Origin: Euryarchaeota archaeon UBA602
GTDB lineage: Archaea > Thermoplasmatota > Poseidoniia > Poseidoniales > Thalassarchaeaceae
Assembly: GCA_002498455.1 (NCBI GenBank)
Contig: DAHO01000052.1
Location: 25,527-87,802 of the forward strand
Length of the DNA: 62,276 bases
Reading direction: 5' to 3'
The notes under the pieces are model-generated. The model did not search any database, was not told the DNA's origin, and was given only the letters and a program-made list of their open reading frames with translations. Position 1 is the first letter of the stretch; every line of letters begins with the position of its first letter. The translations under genes were made by a program, and so were the position numbers. This document shows positions 1 through 9,707 of this stretch, one piece after another.

Positions 1-1013
1 ATTTCGGCAACCATCTCACCTTGGGCACTGGCCCTATGCGCCAGCATGGGTTCACCCGATACATCACCAATCGCATAGACGCCTTTCATCGATGTTTTAC
101 ATTGATTATCAATTCGGATGAATCGTCCATCTGAATCCATTCTCAGTCCCATCTTCTCTAGTCCCCATCCTTGTGTATTCGGCCTTCTACCTACTGTAAC
201 TAGAACCTTATCGAAGATTTCTGATTGCATTTCGCCGTCCTTATCCTTCCAAGTAAGTTCTACCTTACCATCTTTGATTTCAGCTCCTTGGGCCAAACAA
301 TTGGTGTGTGTAACCACACCATTCTTTCTCAACCAAGTCGTCAGAGGTCTGCGTAATTCATCATCAAAGATGGCCATGACTTTGTCGAGTCCTTCGACTA
401 CGGTGACTTCACTACCCAGGCGCCTTAGGGCAATTCCCAATTCTAGCCCGATATATCCTCCACCAATCACAGCGACCTTCTCTGGTAGGCTGTCGAGATC
501 TAAAGCTCCTGTCGAAGAGCAAATGTGTTGCTCATCGAATTTCATGAAAGGCAATTCAATCGGCGATGATCCTGTAGCGAGGATGACATTTTCTGCTTCG
601 ATTGCGATTGTTCCATCTTCGGTCTCTACAGTACAATTCTTGGCATTCTGGAATGTAGCCCATCCTTTGATGAGTTCTGCACCTGCACTCTTCAGCAGGT
701 GCTCGACCCCTTTGTTGAGACGCTCCACAATATCGTCTTTCCAAGAGACCAGTGCGGGCATGTCTAGTGCGACGTCTCCGCTAATGCTGATGCCCATATG
801 TCCGTCCTTATGGTGCGCTAAATGTTCAAACCGTTCTGAAGCATGAATCATAGCCTTTGAGGGTATACACCCACGAATCAAACAAGTTCCACCGGCTTTA
901 TCACCTTCAACAATCACAGTGTCTAAGCCCAATTGCCCAGCTCGAATTGCAGCAACATATCCGCCGGGCCCCGCTCCAACAACCAAGACTTGGCACTTTC
1001 GTGTTTCACTCAT
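1..1013 (-). CDS. lpdA: Dihydrolipoamide dehydrogenase (E3), 3'-truncated by window edge
   Basis: Not in the ORF track because it runs off the edge. Read manually from ATG at 1013: MSETRKCQVLVVGAGPGGYVAAIRAGQLG, with redox motif GGTCLIRGCIPSK. Confidence 0.95.
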   Translation of the reverse strand, partial: MSETRKCQVLVVGAGPGGYVAAIRAGQLGLDTVIVEGDKAGGTCLIRGCIPSKAMIHASERFEHLAHHKDGHMGISISGDVALDMPALVSWKDDIVERLNKGVEHLLKSAGAELIKGWATFQNAKNCTVETEDGTIAIEAENVILATGSSPIELPFMKFDEQHICSSTGALDLDSLPEKVAVIGGGYIGLELGIALRRLGSEVTVVEGLDKVMAIFDDELRRPLTTWLRKNGVVTHTNCLAQGAEIKDGKVELTWKDKDGEMQSEIFDKVLVTVGRRPNTQGWGLEKMGLRMDSDGRFIRIDNQCKTSMKGVYAIGDVSGEPMLAHRASAQGEMVAE

Positions 1014-1022
1014 TTTGATTCC

Positions 1023-2297
1023 TCACATGAAGATGAGCGCCGGGTGCTCAAGCAGTCTCTTCAACGATTGTACAAGGGCTGCCCCATCTGCACCATCGAC
1101 GACCCTGTGGTCCCAAGAAGAGGATACGTTCATGATTCGACGGATGGTAATCTGCCCGTTTTGGACCACTGGCATGTCGCGTGCTTTGTGAACGCCGAGA
1201 ATTCCAACTTCAGGATGGTTGATAATCGGGGTGGCTCCCAAGCCACCATCTCTTCCCAAACTGGTAATCGTGAAGGTTGAGCCCGCCAGGTCCTCCATGG
1301 TTGCCGTTCCATCACGGCAAGCCCCGGAGACGCGCTGCATTTCAGCCGCTGCACTCCATACGTCCATGGCTTCAACGTTTTTCACGACGGGGACAAACAA
1401 TCCACGGTCGGTTGCTGTAGCAATGCCCAAGTGGACGGCTTCATGTCGGATGACCTTATTCGCTTCTTCGTCGTAAATCGCATTGCATTCAGGGTGGTTT
1501 GGCATTGCCTTTGTCAGGGCCAGCATGATGAATGGAAGGTAGGTCAACTTGGGTTGATCGGGACCTCGCGTTGCATTGAGATGTTGGCGAAGGGATTCCA
1601 ACTCCGTGACATCAATTTCCTCAAAGTATGAGAAATGCGGGATTCTAGTTTTGGATTCGACCATTTTCTCAGCGATCTTTCGACGAAGTCCGACGACTGG
1701 GTGCTCGCTGGTGCCGGTGCGAGCGACACCGGTCGATGCCGCAGGTGCACGCATGGCGCCACCAGAAGCAATGTATGCATCCAAGTCAGCATTCCGAACG
1801 CGGCCTGCAGGGCCACCACCGGGGACTAGAGAAAGATCGATTCCAGCCTCAGTTGCTCTTCGACGTACAACAGGGCTGGCGAGCACACGACCTCCTGAAC
1901 TGACCACAGGGGCCGGTGCTGGAGTTGAGACAGGCGCGGGCGTTGGTGCAGGTGTAGGTGCGGGAGTAGGCGCTGGCACGACCTCAGGTTCTGGCTCCGG
2001 CTCTGGTTCCGGTTCTGGCTCCGGTTCGGGTTCAGAAGCTGTGGCGTTTCCTTCCCCGTCAATCTCGAATTCAATCAATGGTCCACCAACAGCAATCATA
2101 TCGCCAATTTCTCCATGCAATTTGGTTACAACACCATCATTCGTTGCAGCAATCCCAACGGTGGCTTTGTCAGTCATGATGTCAACCATCGGCTGATCTT
2201 CTGAGACGGTGTCTCCAACAGCAACGTGCCAAGCGGTAATTTCACCCTCGACAACACCTTCTCCGATATCTGGCAGTTTGAACACATATGTTCCCAT
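1023..2297 (-). CDS. Dihydrolipoamide acyltransferase (E2) of branched-chain 2-oxoacid dehydrogenase
   Basis: Lipoyl domain (FKLPDIGEG...MTDKATV), Pro/Glu linker, E3-binding domain (ASPVVRRRA), catalytic DHRVVDG. Start moved to MGTYVF at 2297, after GGAGG. Confidence 0.95.
   Translation of the reverse strand: MGTYVFKLPDIGEGVVEGEITAWHVAVGDTVSEDQPMVDIMTDKATVGIAATNDGVVTKLHGEIGDMIAVGGPLIEFEIDGEGNATASEPEPEPEPEPEPEPEPEVVPAPTPAPTPAPTPAPVSTPAPAPVVSSGGRVLASPVVRRRATEAGIDLSLVPGGGPAGRVRNADLDAYIASGGAMRAPAASTGVARTGTSEHPVVGLRRKIAEKMVESKTRIPHFSYFEEIDVTELESLRQHLNATRGPDQPKLTYLPFIMLALTKAMPNHPECNAIYDEEANKVIRHEAVHLGIATATDRGLFVPVVKNVEAMDVWSAAAEMQRVSGACRDGTATMEDLAGSTFTITSLGRDGGLGATPIINHPEVGILGVHKARDMPVVQNGQITIRRIMNVSSSWDHRVVDGADGAALVQSLKRLLEHPALIFM
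1915..2035 (-). repeat. Coding low-complexity repeat: (EP)n and (PTPA)n linker of E2
   Basis: EPEPEPEPEPEPEPEPE...PAPTPAPTPAPTPAP in the translation; degenerate 6-mer/12-mer DNA repeats. Confidence 0.85.
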
Positions 2298-2299
2298 TT

Positions 2300-3313
2300 T
2301 TATTCCTCCATTGTGGCTCGCATGGCCTCTGTAATTCGCGCTTGACTTGGGAAATAATCCCATTCTAGGCTGTGCGGATAGGGTGTATCCCATCCTGTGA
2401 CTCTTTGAATCGGTGCCTCAAGATGCCAGAAACATCGTTCCTGAACTTGCGACATCAGTTCAGCACCAAACCCGGATGTCCGAGGTGCTTCATGGACAAT
2501 GACACACCGTCCTGTCTTTTTGACCGAGTCCTCAATGGCATCGATGTCGAGGGGGACTAGGGTTCGCAAATCGATGACTTCAGCATCAATCCCACTATTT
2601 TCTGCTGCAGCGGTTGCGACGTGAACCATGGTGCCATAGCAAAGGATGGTTACTTCCTTACCGGCTCGTACAATCTCAGCCTTGCCCAAGGGGATGTTGT
2701 AATATTCCTCAGGGACCTCACCCTTGGGGTGGCTGTCCCACTTGACCATTGCAGCGGTGTGGTCCCCATCAAAGGGTCCGTTGTACAATCGCTTGGGTTC
2801 AAAGAAAATTACAGGGTCATTGCATTCGATGGATGAAATCAACAACCCTTTGGCGTCGTAGGGGTTTGAACAGATGACGACCTTCAGTCCGGGTGTGTGT
2901 GTGAAGTAAGCTTCTGGGGATTGACTGTGGTAGTGTCCACCCTTGATTCCACCGCCACATGGGGTTCGAATGGTGACGGGCGCACTGTATTCTCCACCCG
3001 AGCGGTATCGAAGTTTGGCCAATTCATTGGTAATCTGGTCGAAGCCCGGGAAGATGTAGTCTGCAAACTGAATTTCAGCAACAGGTCGCAACCCATTCAT
3101 TCCCATGCCGATGGCAATGCCGACGATACCACCCTCAGCCAAGGGTGTGTCAAATGAACGGTGTTTGCCAAATTTTTCTTGTAGGCCAGATGTGCATCGG
3201 AATACACCTCCGTAGAATCCAGCATCTTCACCAAATGAAACTACGGTCTCGTCGCGTTCAAACATGTTGTGGAGGGCGGAGTTAACCGCTTGGATGATGT
3301 TCATCTGCGCCAT
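2300..3313 (-). CDS. 2-oxoacid dehydrogenase E1 beta subunit
   Basis: FGEDAGFYGGVFRCT, DTPLAEGGIVG, EIQFADY, HSQSPEA. Likely start MAQMNIIQ at 3313, overlapping the E1 alpha stop. Confidence 0.95.
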   Translation of the reverse strand: MAQMNIIQAVNSALHNMFERDETVVSFGEDAGFYGGVFRCTSGLQEKFGKHRSFDTPLAEGGIVGIAIGMGMNGLRPVAEIQFADYIFPGFDQITNELAKLRYRSGGEYSAPVTIRTPCGGGIKGGHYHSQSPEAYFTHTPGLKVVICSNPYDAKGLLISSIECNDPVIFFEPKRLYNGPFDGDHTAAMVKWDSHPKGEVPEEYYNIPLGKAEIVRAGKEVTILCYGTMVHVATAAAENSGIDAEVIDLRTLVPLDIDAIEDSVKKTGRCVIVHEAPRTSGFGAELMSQVQERCFWHLEAPIQRVTGWDTPYPHSLEWDYFPSQARITEAMRATMEE

Positions 3314-4566
3314 TAGATTCCCACCTGCCCGCGTTGTTCTAGCAAATGCCACGGCTCATCTTCGTAAACATCTTCGAAGAGTGTAGTGACTGGAGGGAAG
3401 GGTCCATCCTTCAGTGTACCATGAGTTTCAGCTTCCTTGTAAGCAGCAATAATTTCGTCTTTGCATTGAGCTTGCAACGCTTCATGTCGTGCATCGTCCC
3501 ATTCACCTATCTTCACTAGGTGTGCTTTGAGCCGATCAACGGGGTCTCCCAACGGCCAATTCTCGTACCCGTCTCCTGGACGGTAAATGCTGGGGTCATC
3601 GGAAGAAGAATGACTGTCGCCGCGATAGGTGTACATCTCCAACAGCGTGGGTCCATGTCCTGCCCGTGCTCGTTCCGTGGCCCACTTGTGAGCGGCGTAT
3701 ACAGCCAACAAATCTTGACCATCGACACGAATCGAAGCGACGTTGTAAGGGATGCCTCTAGCGGCGAAAGATGAACCTCCATGTGCAAGATTTCGGTGTG
3801 TTGAAATCGCCCATTGGTTGTTGACTACGACCAATACACAAGGGGCCTGATAGACTGAAGCGAAGTTTAGACCATAGTGGAAGTCACCCTGTGCAGAGGT
3901 TCCTTCCCCAAGCCACGTGCATGCGATGCTATCTTCGCCGCGGTAAGCAAATGCCATCGCAGCACCGACAGCCTGTGGAAATTGTGTGCCGACGGGACTC
4001 GAAATCGAAACGAAATTCCCTTCTTTCCAAGAATAGTGAACGGGCATTTGGCGACCCTTGACATTGTCATTTGAGTTTGTGATACAGTGGCTGATCATGT
4101 CGACCATACTTCGACCTCGGACGAAAAGGAGGCCCTGCTGGCGATAAGAAGGGACGACAATGTCCCGGTTTTCCATGGCCATTGCCGCTCCAACACTCAC
4201 GGCCTCCTCGCCGAGACACTTCATGTAGAATGAAAGCCGACCTTGACGCTGCATCATCATCATACGGTCATCGTAGGCGCGAATCCGAACCATATGCTCT
4301 AGAGCGGCTCGCAATTCATCGGCACTGAGTTTTGGATCCCATTCGCCGACCGCTTCATCATCATCATTCAGTACACGCAACAAACCATAGGCCAAATCAC
4401 GGGTTTCTTCACCTGCACAGTCGATCGAGGGTTTCGTATGATGCCCTGCAGGAATCTCATGTGGTGATGGGAACGATGTACCTCCTTCTCGATGAGGGGG
4501 GACAGGTACATGCATGTTAACCTCAGAATCTTCGCCCATAATCTTCACCAATCCAAAGTCGCTCAT
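3313..4566 (-). CDS. Branched-chain 2-oxoacid dehydrogenase E1 alpha subunit
   Basis: QRQGRLSFY, KGRQMPVHY, TPP motif GEG...NNQWAIS, HSSSDDPSIYR; resembles proteobacterial BkdA1. Confidence 0.93.
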   Translation of the reverse strand: MSDFGLVKIMGEDSEVNMHVPVPPHREGGTSFPSPHEIPAGHHTKPSIDCAGEETRDLAYGLLRVLNDDDEAVGEWDPKLSADELRAALEHMVRIRAYDDRMMMMQRQGRLSFYMKCLGEEAVSVGAAMAMENRDIVVPSYRQQGLLFVRGRSMVDMISHCITNSNDNVKGRQMPVHYSWKEGNFVSISSPVGTQFPQAVGAAMAFAYRGEDSIACTWLGEGTSAQGDFHYGLNFASVYQAPCVLVVVNNQWAISTHRNLAHGGSSFAARGIPYNVASIRVDGQDLLAVYAAHKWATERARAGHGPTLLEMYTYRGDSHSSSDDPSIYRPGDGYENWPLGDPVDRLKAHLVKIGEWDDARHEALQAQCKDEIIAAYKEAETHGTLKDGPFPPVTTLFEDVYEDEPWHLLEQRGQVGI

Positions 4567-5549
4567 AGCGTTTCGCTGTCACCAAAGGTGACGATTTCTC
4601 CTGCGTTCATCGCCTCCTCGTAGAGAAGGCCGCCCCTGTAAGATGAACGGACCAGTGGTCCACTGGCTACAGCTTTGAAACCCAAATCTCTAGCCTCTTG
4701 ACCCCATTTACTGAATAATTCAGGTTCTGGGAACCGATCGATTGGAAGATGTTTGGGTGAGGGTGCGAGATATTGTCCAATGGTCAATAAGTCGACATTC
4801 GCTTCACGCAAAAGTCGCATGGCATGCAATATTTCTTCATCGGTTTCACCTACACCAACCATGATACTGGATTTTGTCAGGATGTCGGGTCTCAAACGCT
4901 TCGCTTCTCGTAGGATGGATATGGATTGGTCAAACGATGCCCTCGGGTCTCGGACTCTGCGATCGAGTCGAGGAACACATTCGACATTGTGTGCGAAGAC
5001 CAAGAGTTCCAAGTCTGTCAACAGGGTAGAAAGTGCATTCAAATCACCATTCAAGTCAGAGCATAAGAATTCCAGACCAACATCTGGATTCCTTCGATTG
5101 ACCGCTTCCAAGCATGCGCGATAATGTGCAGCACCCGCATCGGGCAACTCATCTCGATTCACGCATGTGATGACTGCGTAAGTGACACCCATCAAGTCTA
5201 CTGCTTCCGCCAGGTTTTCCGGTTCTTCAAGATCGAGAGGGGGTGGCCTCCGATCGGTTCCCACCGCACAGAATTTGCAGGCTCTGGTACATTGCTCTCC
5301 GGCGACCATGAATGTCGCAGTTCCTTTCCCCCAACAATCGTGAATATTGGGGCATCGTGCTTCTTGACAGACCGTCGCCAACCCATGTTCCAAAACATTT
5401 CCAAGGACTTCATTGAATGCGAGTTGAGCCTTGCCTGTGGGTAAATTGGTGCGAAACCAAGAAGGCAACCGCTTTCGCGATTCCTTCCTACGCTCGACAC
5501 TGGAGAGATTTCCATCCTCCCTTGCCATCGGCAATTTCGCTCCGACCAA
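4563..5549 (-). CDS. lipA: Lipoyl synthase
   Basis: TVCQEARCPNIHDCW auxiliary-cluster motif, CTRACKFC radical SAM motif, C-terminal GPLVRSSY. Start may be at 5528. Confidence 0.96.
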   Translation of the reverse strand: MVGAKLPMAREDGNLSSVERRKESRKRLPSWFRTNLPTGKAQLAFNEVLGNVLEHGLATVCQEARCPNIHDCWGKGTATFMVAGEQCTRACKFCAVGTDRRPPPLDLEEPENLAEAVDLMGVTYAVITCVNRDELPDAGAAHYRACLEAVNRRNPDVGLEFLCSDLNGDLNALSTLLTDLELLVFAHNVECVPRLDRRVRDPRASFDQSISILREAKRLRPDILTKSSIMVGVGETDEEILHAMRLLREANVDLLTIGQYLAPSPKHLPIDRFPEPELFSKWGQEARDLGFKAVASGPLVRSSYRGGLLYEEAMNAGEIVTFGDSETL

Positions 5550-5655
5550 TTACCCCTCTCCGTTTACTCGTATCGTCGGCCTCAGTTAATCGTTTGTTCC
5601 CCGACCCTAGGGTCGGGTTCGGAGAATTGAAGGCGGGAACCTCTGCCCGCATGTC

Positions 5656-6408
5656 ATGGCGAATCCTCTCGATGACCGTGTGGCCCTTGTAACTGGTGGG
5701 TCGGCAAGAATTGGTGCAGAAATCTCTCGGCGACTGGCTAATGCCGGGGCGATTGTGGCTGTACACTGTCACCGTAATCTTGCAGCTGCAGAGGATCTGA
5801 TAGAAGAAATCGAAGATTCGGGAGGGGAAGCATTTCTGGTTCGAGGGGATCTCTCCGAAGAGGATGATCGAAGTGCTTTAATTGAAGCCGTGATTGAGCA
5901 AGCGGGACGTTTGGATATTCTTGTCAACAACGCTTCTATATTTGAGAGCATGTCGCTGGATGAGATGTCTACCGATGCGGCTCGCATGATGTGGAAAATC
6001 AATGCAGAAGCACCTCTAATGTTGATCCATCATGCAGCCCCTCACCTACGATTTGGTGGCAAAAATCAACCCGGTGCCATCATCAATTTAGTGGACAATG
6101 CCAGCGGTCGAGGTGATTGGCCTCATCTCAGCCATTACTGTGCTTCGAAGGCAGCGTTACTTTCCGTAACTCGCAGCCTTTCGCAAGAATTGGCACCGAT
6201 GATTCGAGTCAACGCCGTTGGCCCCGGCGCAATTCTCTTCCAAGATTGGGAATCCGAGGAGAAACGGTCCTCAATCCTCTCGTCTATACCGATGGGGCGG
6301 CAGGGATTGGCCGAAGAAATTGCTGATACAGTTCTGTTTTTGGCCGGGGGTCCCGACTACATTACTGGTCAGATTATCGACGTCGATGGCGGCTGGTCTT
6401 TGTCGTAG
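5656..6408 (+). CDS. Short-chain dehydrogenase/reductase, pteridine reductase (PTR1/FolM)-like
   Basis: TGGSARIG, NNAS, YCASK, VNAVGPG, ITGQIIDVDGG. Confidence 0.85.
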   Translation: MANPLDDRVALVTGGSARIGAEISRRLANAGAIVAVHCHRNLAAAEDLIEEIEDSGGEAFLVRGDLSEEDDRSALIEAVIEQAGRLDILVNNASIFESMSLDEMSTDAARMMWKINAEAPLMLIHHAAPHLRFGGKNQPGAIINLVDNASGRGDWPHLSHYCASKAALLSVTRSLSQELAPMIRVNAVGPGAILFQDWESEEKRSSILSSIPMGRQGLAEEIADTVLFLAGGPDYITGQIIDVDGGWSLS

Positions 6409-6440
6409 TGTTCAAGTCCCGAGTCCGGCTCAAGCAGTCC

Positions 6441-6526
6441 GCAGGGGTACCCGAGCTGGTCAAAGGGGCCGGACTTAAGCTCCGGTGGCGATGCCTTCGT
6501 GGGTTCGAATCCCACCCCCTGCACCA
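6441..6526 (+). tRNA. tRNA-Leu (anticodon TAA), CCA encoded
   Basis: Acceptor GCAGGGG/CCCCTGC, anticodon arm CCGGA-CTTAAGC-TCCGG, long variable arm, GTGGG-TTCGAAT-CCCAC, ends ACCA. Confidence 0.96.
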
Positions 6527-6609
6527 ATTTCGGTGATTCATCCGTTCCTGATGTGGGATATTTCCCCGATGCGCAAAACAACCACCTTTTGCAAACCGTT
6601 TAATGGACC

Positions 6610-9606
6610 ATGGTGTACGGAGTCACCGTAGGTGAGCCTGTGCTGGGTGCTTCAAGAGACAATCATTCGGTAGCCATCCTTCTGGTTGCCATCATGGTGG
6701 GTTCCTTGTTTGTAGGCGCTGCGTCACCCCATTCCGAACTCAAAGAATTGCCAACGCGCAGCAATTCTAGCACGGTCAGTTACGATCTCTACTTCGCTTC
6801 AGCTCCAGGGGGTCATCCTACGGATGGAAGGATTACAACTGATCGTCCCGACAGTGGTGGCCAGGATGAGGAATCAGCTTCAGGTACCAATGTCGAGTTT
6901 TCCACCGATCAGTTGCTTACTGACATGGTGTTCAGCGGTTCTCCCGATGGGAGCCAATACGATGTCGAAATTTTACTATTCTTGAAGGCAACTGGACAAG
7001 AAGGTTCGACGGTTGATTGGACCATCTCTCTAGTCGCAGGTACTGCAATTATAGCAACTGAGGAAATGCAATCCGATGCCTGTAATCCCGGTGGTGGCGG
7101 CCTGATTGGAGGCGGTGAAACCTGTGGCTTTAATGAACGTCTTTTCCGGCCCAGTTGGACTGGGAATGGCGACTTTACTGTAGATGAAGGGGAGCGGCTC
7201 AAGGTCGTGGTCTCAGCCGACATGGATTGCAGTTCAGGTGGAGGTGACACTCCGGATACACCAAACGGATCGGATGGTGGCACCAGCGGGCGACAATGGC
7301 CTGGTGGTGGTGGGAATGCAGAGTGCGATGCTTGGGTTGCATGGAACGAAATCGATGATGAACCCAATCGGTTTTCACAAATCGAAATTGATGTTCGCCC
7401 ACTTGAGGGCTCACAGGTTAAGGTCCAGCGACCTGGTGCTGTCTGGACGGATCCAGAAGTCGATACCTGGTTCCCCAACGATGACGAGGAAATGCGTGTG
7501 ATGCAATTCAACTTGGAATTGCTAAACGGATTTGGGAGAGAAGATATCGACGAAGTCTCGCTCGTGATGACCAAGCCGGATACAACCATTGCATTCACTC
7601 ACACTTTTAGTGAGAATGAAATTGATGAAGACGGCAATGCCCAGAGAGCACAATACAACTGGAGTTATCCCGGTGGACTGGAATCTGGCGATTATGAAAT
7701 TGAAGTGGAAGTTCGAAATATCCAGGGTAAAGTGTTCGCCATTGACCACCCCACCGTTCGGATGAACGAGTATGGTATCTCACTCACACACGGCAGTGAA
7801 AGAGTGGTCGAATACATTGCACCGAGCTCAACGACGCCGGTGAATCTCGATCTGCGACATGTGGGTGCATCTGGAAGTGGGTACAACCTTACTTGTGAGA
7901 TGGCAGTCCTGACAAACTTCGGTTCGAACTGGATTATTGAGTTTAATAAGGCGGACCGTATTTATCCGCTTTCAGGTGGTGGCAACACGGCTCATCCAAC
8001 ACTACTGTTGACGGCTCCAGATGATCTATCAGGGTCTCCCGACACCATTCAAATTCGTGCGGTCGCTTATGATTCTCAATCGGTCATGGTTCATCAAACA
8101 ACCTTGCAGTTGGACCTTGAAAAACTGGATACCTATGCCCCACCAATGGTCAGCCTTTGGCCTGAAGAACATGACAATCAGTATGCCAACAGTACCGGTG
8201 CTCTAAACATCGATGAGACGGTACCACGCTACGTTGAAGATGGTGTTTACACCACGTTCTACCTTGAGATTTTCAACACGGGTTTTGACACCGATCAATT
8301 CCGAATCGATGTCAAGCAAGACTCGAATGCAAATCTGCGGTTTTGGGATAACGATACAGGTCAGCGTATCGAGGAAAATGAAGGTGATGGGACGTTCCAT
8401 ACTTCAAGTCTGGATCGCCACACAACGCAAACGATTCGTCTTCAAGTCAAACCCTCGACCTCTCGAGACGACCCTGATACGGGGATGATCGAACTTGAGA
8501 CGATTAGTATGGGCAATTCGACTCAGAAGGCGACCATCGCCTTCACAATCCAGCGAACTTTCGGAATCCAAGCTGAGGTGGTTTACGATTGCGATGCAAC
8601 ACCATTTGGCCACGTAGAGGCGGACATTTGTCTAAATAGTGCGGAAAAGATATCCTTTGATATCGATATTACCAACACCATGGCAGAGGGCAATACCGCT
8701 ACCGATTGGTTGATTGTCAACCCGAAGGATTTGGATCGCAATATTAACGAGGACTTGTATCCAGATGCAAACGAGAATTACAGTTTGTGGATGTATGAAA
8801 TCACTGATACGAATGAGGACCCATCACCTCGTGTCCAGTTGGCTCCTGGCGACTCCCAGTTGATCAATCTCGACATCACTCTGACAGCGCAAGTTCCTGA
8901 AGGCAATCACACCATCTATCTACGAATCCGTGAAGACATTTCCGATCTCTCACTCGCACGCTACTTCGATTTGCCGTTGACAATCCTGATTGGCAAGGAT
9001 AAGCCTCAACTCTCCATCCATCAAATTACCCAAATTCATGCTCTGCAGCCTGGCGGAATTAGTGAGATTCAGATGAAGGTCAAGAACGATGGAAATACCG
9101 ATGTAATGGTATTGCTCGATGTTGATGTCTCTGGTGATTGGGATGCAGATGTAGTCAGCCAGAATGGTGCGCAAGTCGTGACAGTGAAGGCATTCAGCGA
9201 GGTGTCGTTTACCGTGACAATCACGGCCGGTGAATCGGCGCTTAATGGGGACCAAAAGGAGGTAGTAGTCTCCGCCAAACCTCTCTCGGAGGAGGAATCG
9301 TTCGGAGAACAATATACAGCTGAAAAAACGTTGACAATCCAAGTGTCAATGAACAGTATCACTGAAATCATTGTCAATGAATTGACCAATCCAAGGCCGG
9401 CAACAATTGCCATTGGTTTGGGCATGATTATCCTCCTTGTTGCGGCAGTCTCCGGGCGAAGAAATCGCATTGAGTACGTCGATGTATGGGTGGACGATGA
9501 TGAAGAAGAGGACGAAGATGAGGGTCTTGAATTACCGGATTTAGTTTCTTCTGATGATGATGATACATACGATGATGATGACATCGAACTTGTCGATCTT
9601 GACTAG
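6610..9606 (+). CDS. Large secreted/membrane-anchored protein, probably Ig-like beta-sandwich domains, with an acidic C-terminal tail
   Basis: 998-aa ORF with N-terminal hydrophobic segment, C-terminal TM (TIAIGLGMIILLVAAVS-GRR) and Asp/Glu tail. Start uncertain. Confidence 0.75.
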   Translation: MVYGVTVGEPVLGASRDNHSVAILLVAIMVGSLFVGAASPHSELKELPTRSNSSTVSYDLYFASAPGGHPTDGRITTDRPDSGGQDEESASGTNVEFSTDQLLTDMVFSGSPDGSQYDVEILLFLKATGQEGSTVDWTISLVAGTAIIATEEMQSDACNPGGGGLIGGGETCGFNERLFRPSWTGNGDFTVDEGERLKVVVSADMDCSSGGGDTPDTPNGSDGGTSGRQWPGGGGNAECDAWVAWNEIDDEPNRFSQIEIDVRPLEGSQVKVQRPGAVWTDPEVDTWFPNDDEEMRVMQFNLELLNGFGREDIDEVSLVMTKPDTTIAFTHTFSENEIDEDGNAQRAQYNWSYPGGLESGDYEIEVEVRNIQGKVFAIDHPTVRMNEYGISLTHGSERVVEYIAPSSTTPVNLDLRHVGASGSGYNLTCEMAVLTNFGSNWIIEFNKADRIYPLSGGGNTAHPTLLLTAPDDLSGSPDTIQIRAVAYDSQSVMVHQTTLQLDLEKLDTYAPPMVSLWPEEHDNQYANSTGALNIDETVPRYVEDGVYTTFYLEIFNTGFDTDQFRIDVKQDSNANLRFWDNDTGQRIEENEGDGTFHTSSLDRHTTQTIRLQVKPSTSRDDPDTGMIELETISMGNSTQKATIAFTIQRTFGIQAEVVYDCDATPFGHVEADICLNSAEKISFDIDITNTMAEGNTATDWLIVNPKDLDRNINEDLYPDANENYSLWMYEITDTNEDPSPRVQLAPGDSQLINLDITLTAQVPEGNHTIYLRIREDISDLSLARYFDLPLTILIGKDKPQLSIHQITQIHALQPGGISEIQMKVKNDGNTDVMVLLDVDVSGDWDADVVSQNGAQVVTVKAFSEVSFTVTITAGESALNGDQKEVVVSAKPLSEEESFGEQYTAEKTLTIQVSMNSITEIIVNELTNPRPATIAIGLGMIILLVAAVSGRRNRIEYVDVWVDDDEEEDEDEGLELPDLVSSDDDDTYDDDDIELVDLD

Positions 9607-9616
9607 GTGATTTTCG

Positions 9617-9641
9617 TTTGACCCTCCTTAGGAGGGTCGAA
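9617..9641 (+). terminator. Hairpin after the 998-aa gene (possible terminator or processing site)
   Basis: GACCCTCC-TTA-GGAGGGTC at 9620-9638, extendable by G-U/A-U pairs. Confidence 0.35.
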
Positions 9642-9707
9642 ATCTGTCCGAACACCGCTCCATTTGTCTTAATACCCTGATGGGCACGGAGATGACTGGG
9701 TTCAGCC

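Noticed and set aside
118..2196. Long plus-strand ORFs 118-846 and 1576-2196, and similar antisense ORFs such as 6909-7598, 24549-25454 and 42589-43284
   Set aside because: Shadows of well-supported genes on the opposite strand, with low-complexity translations and no motifs.
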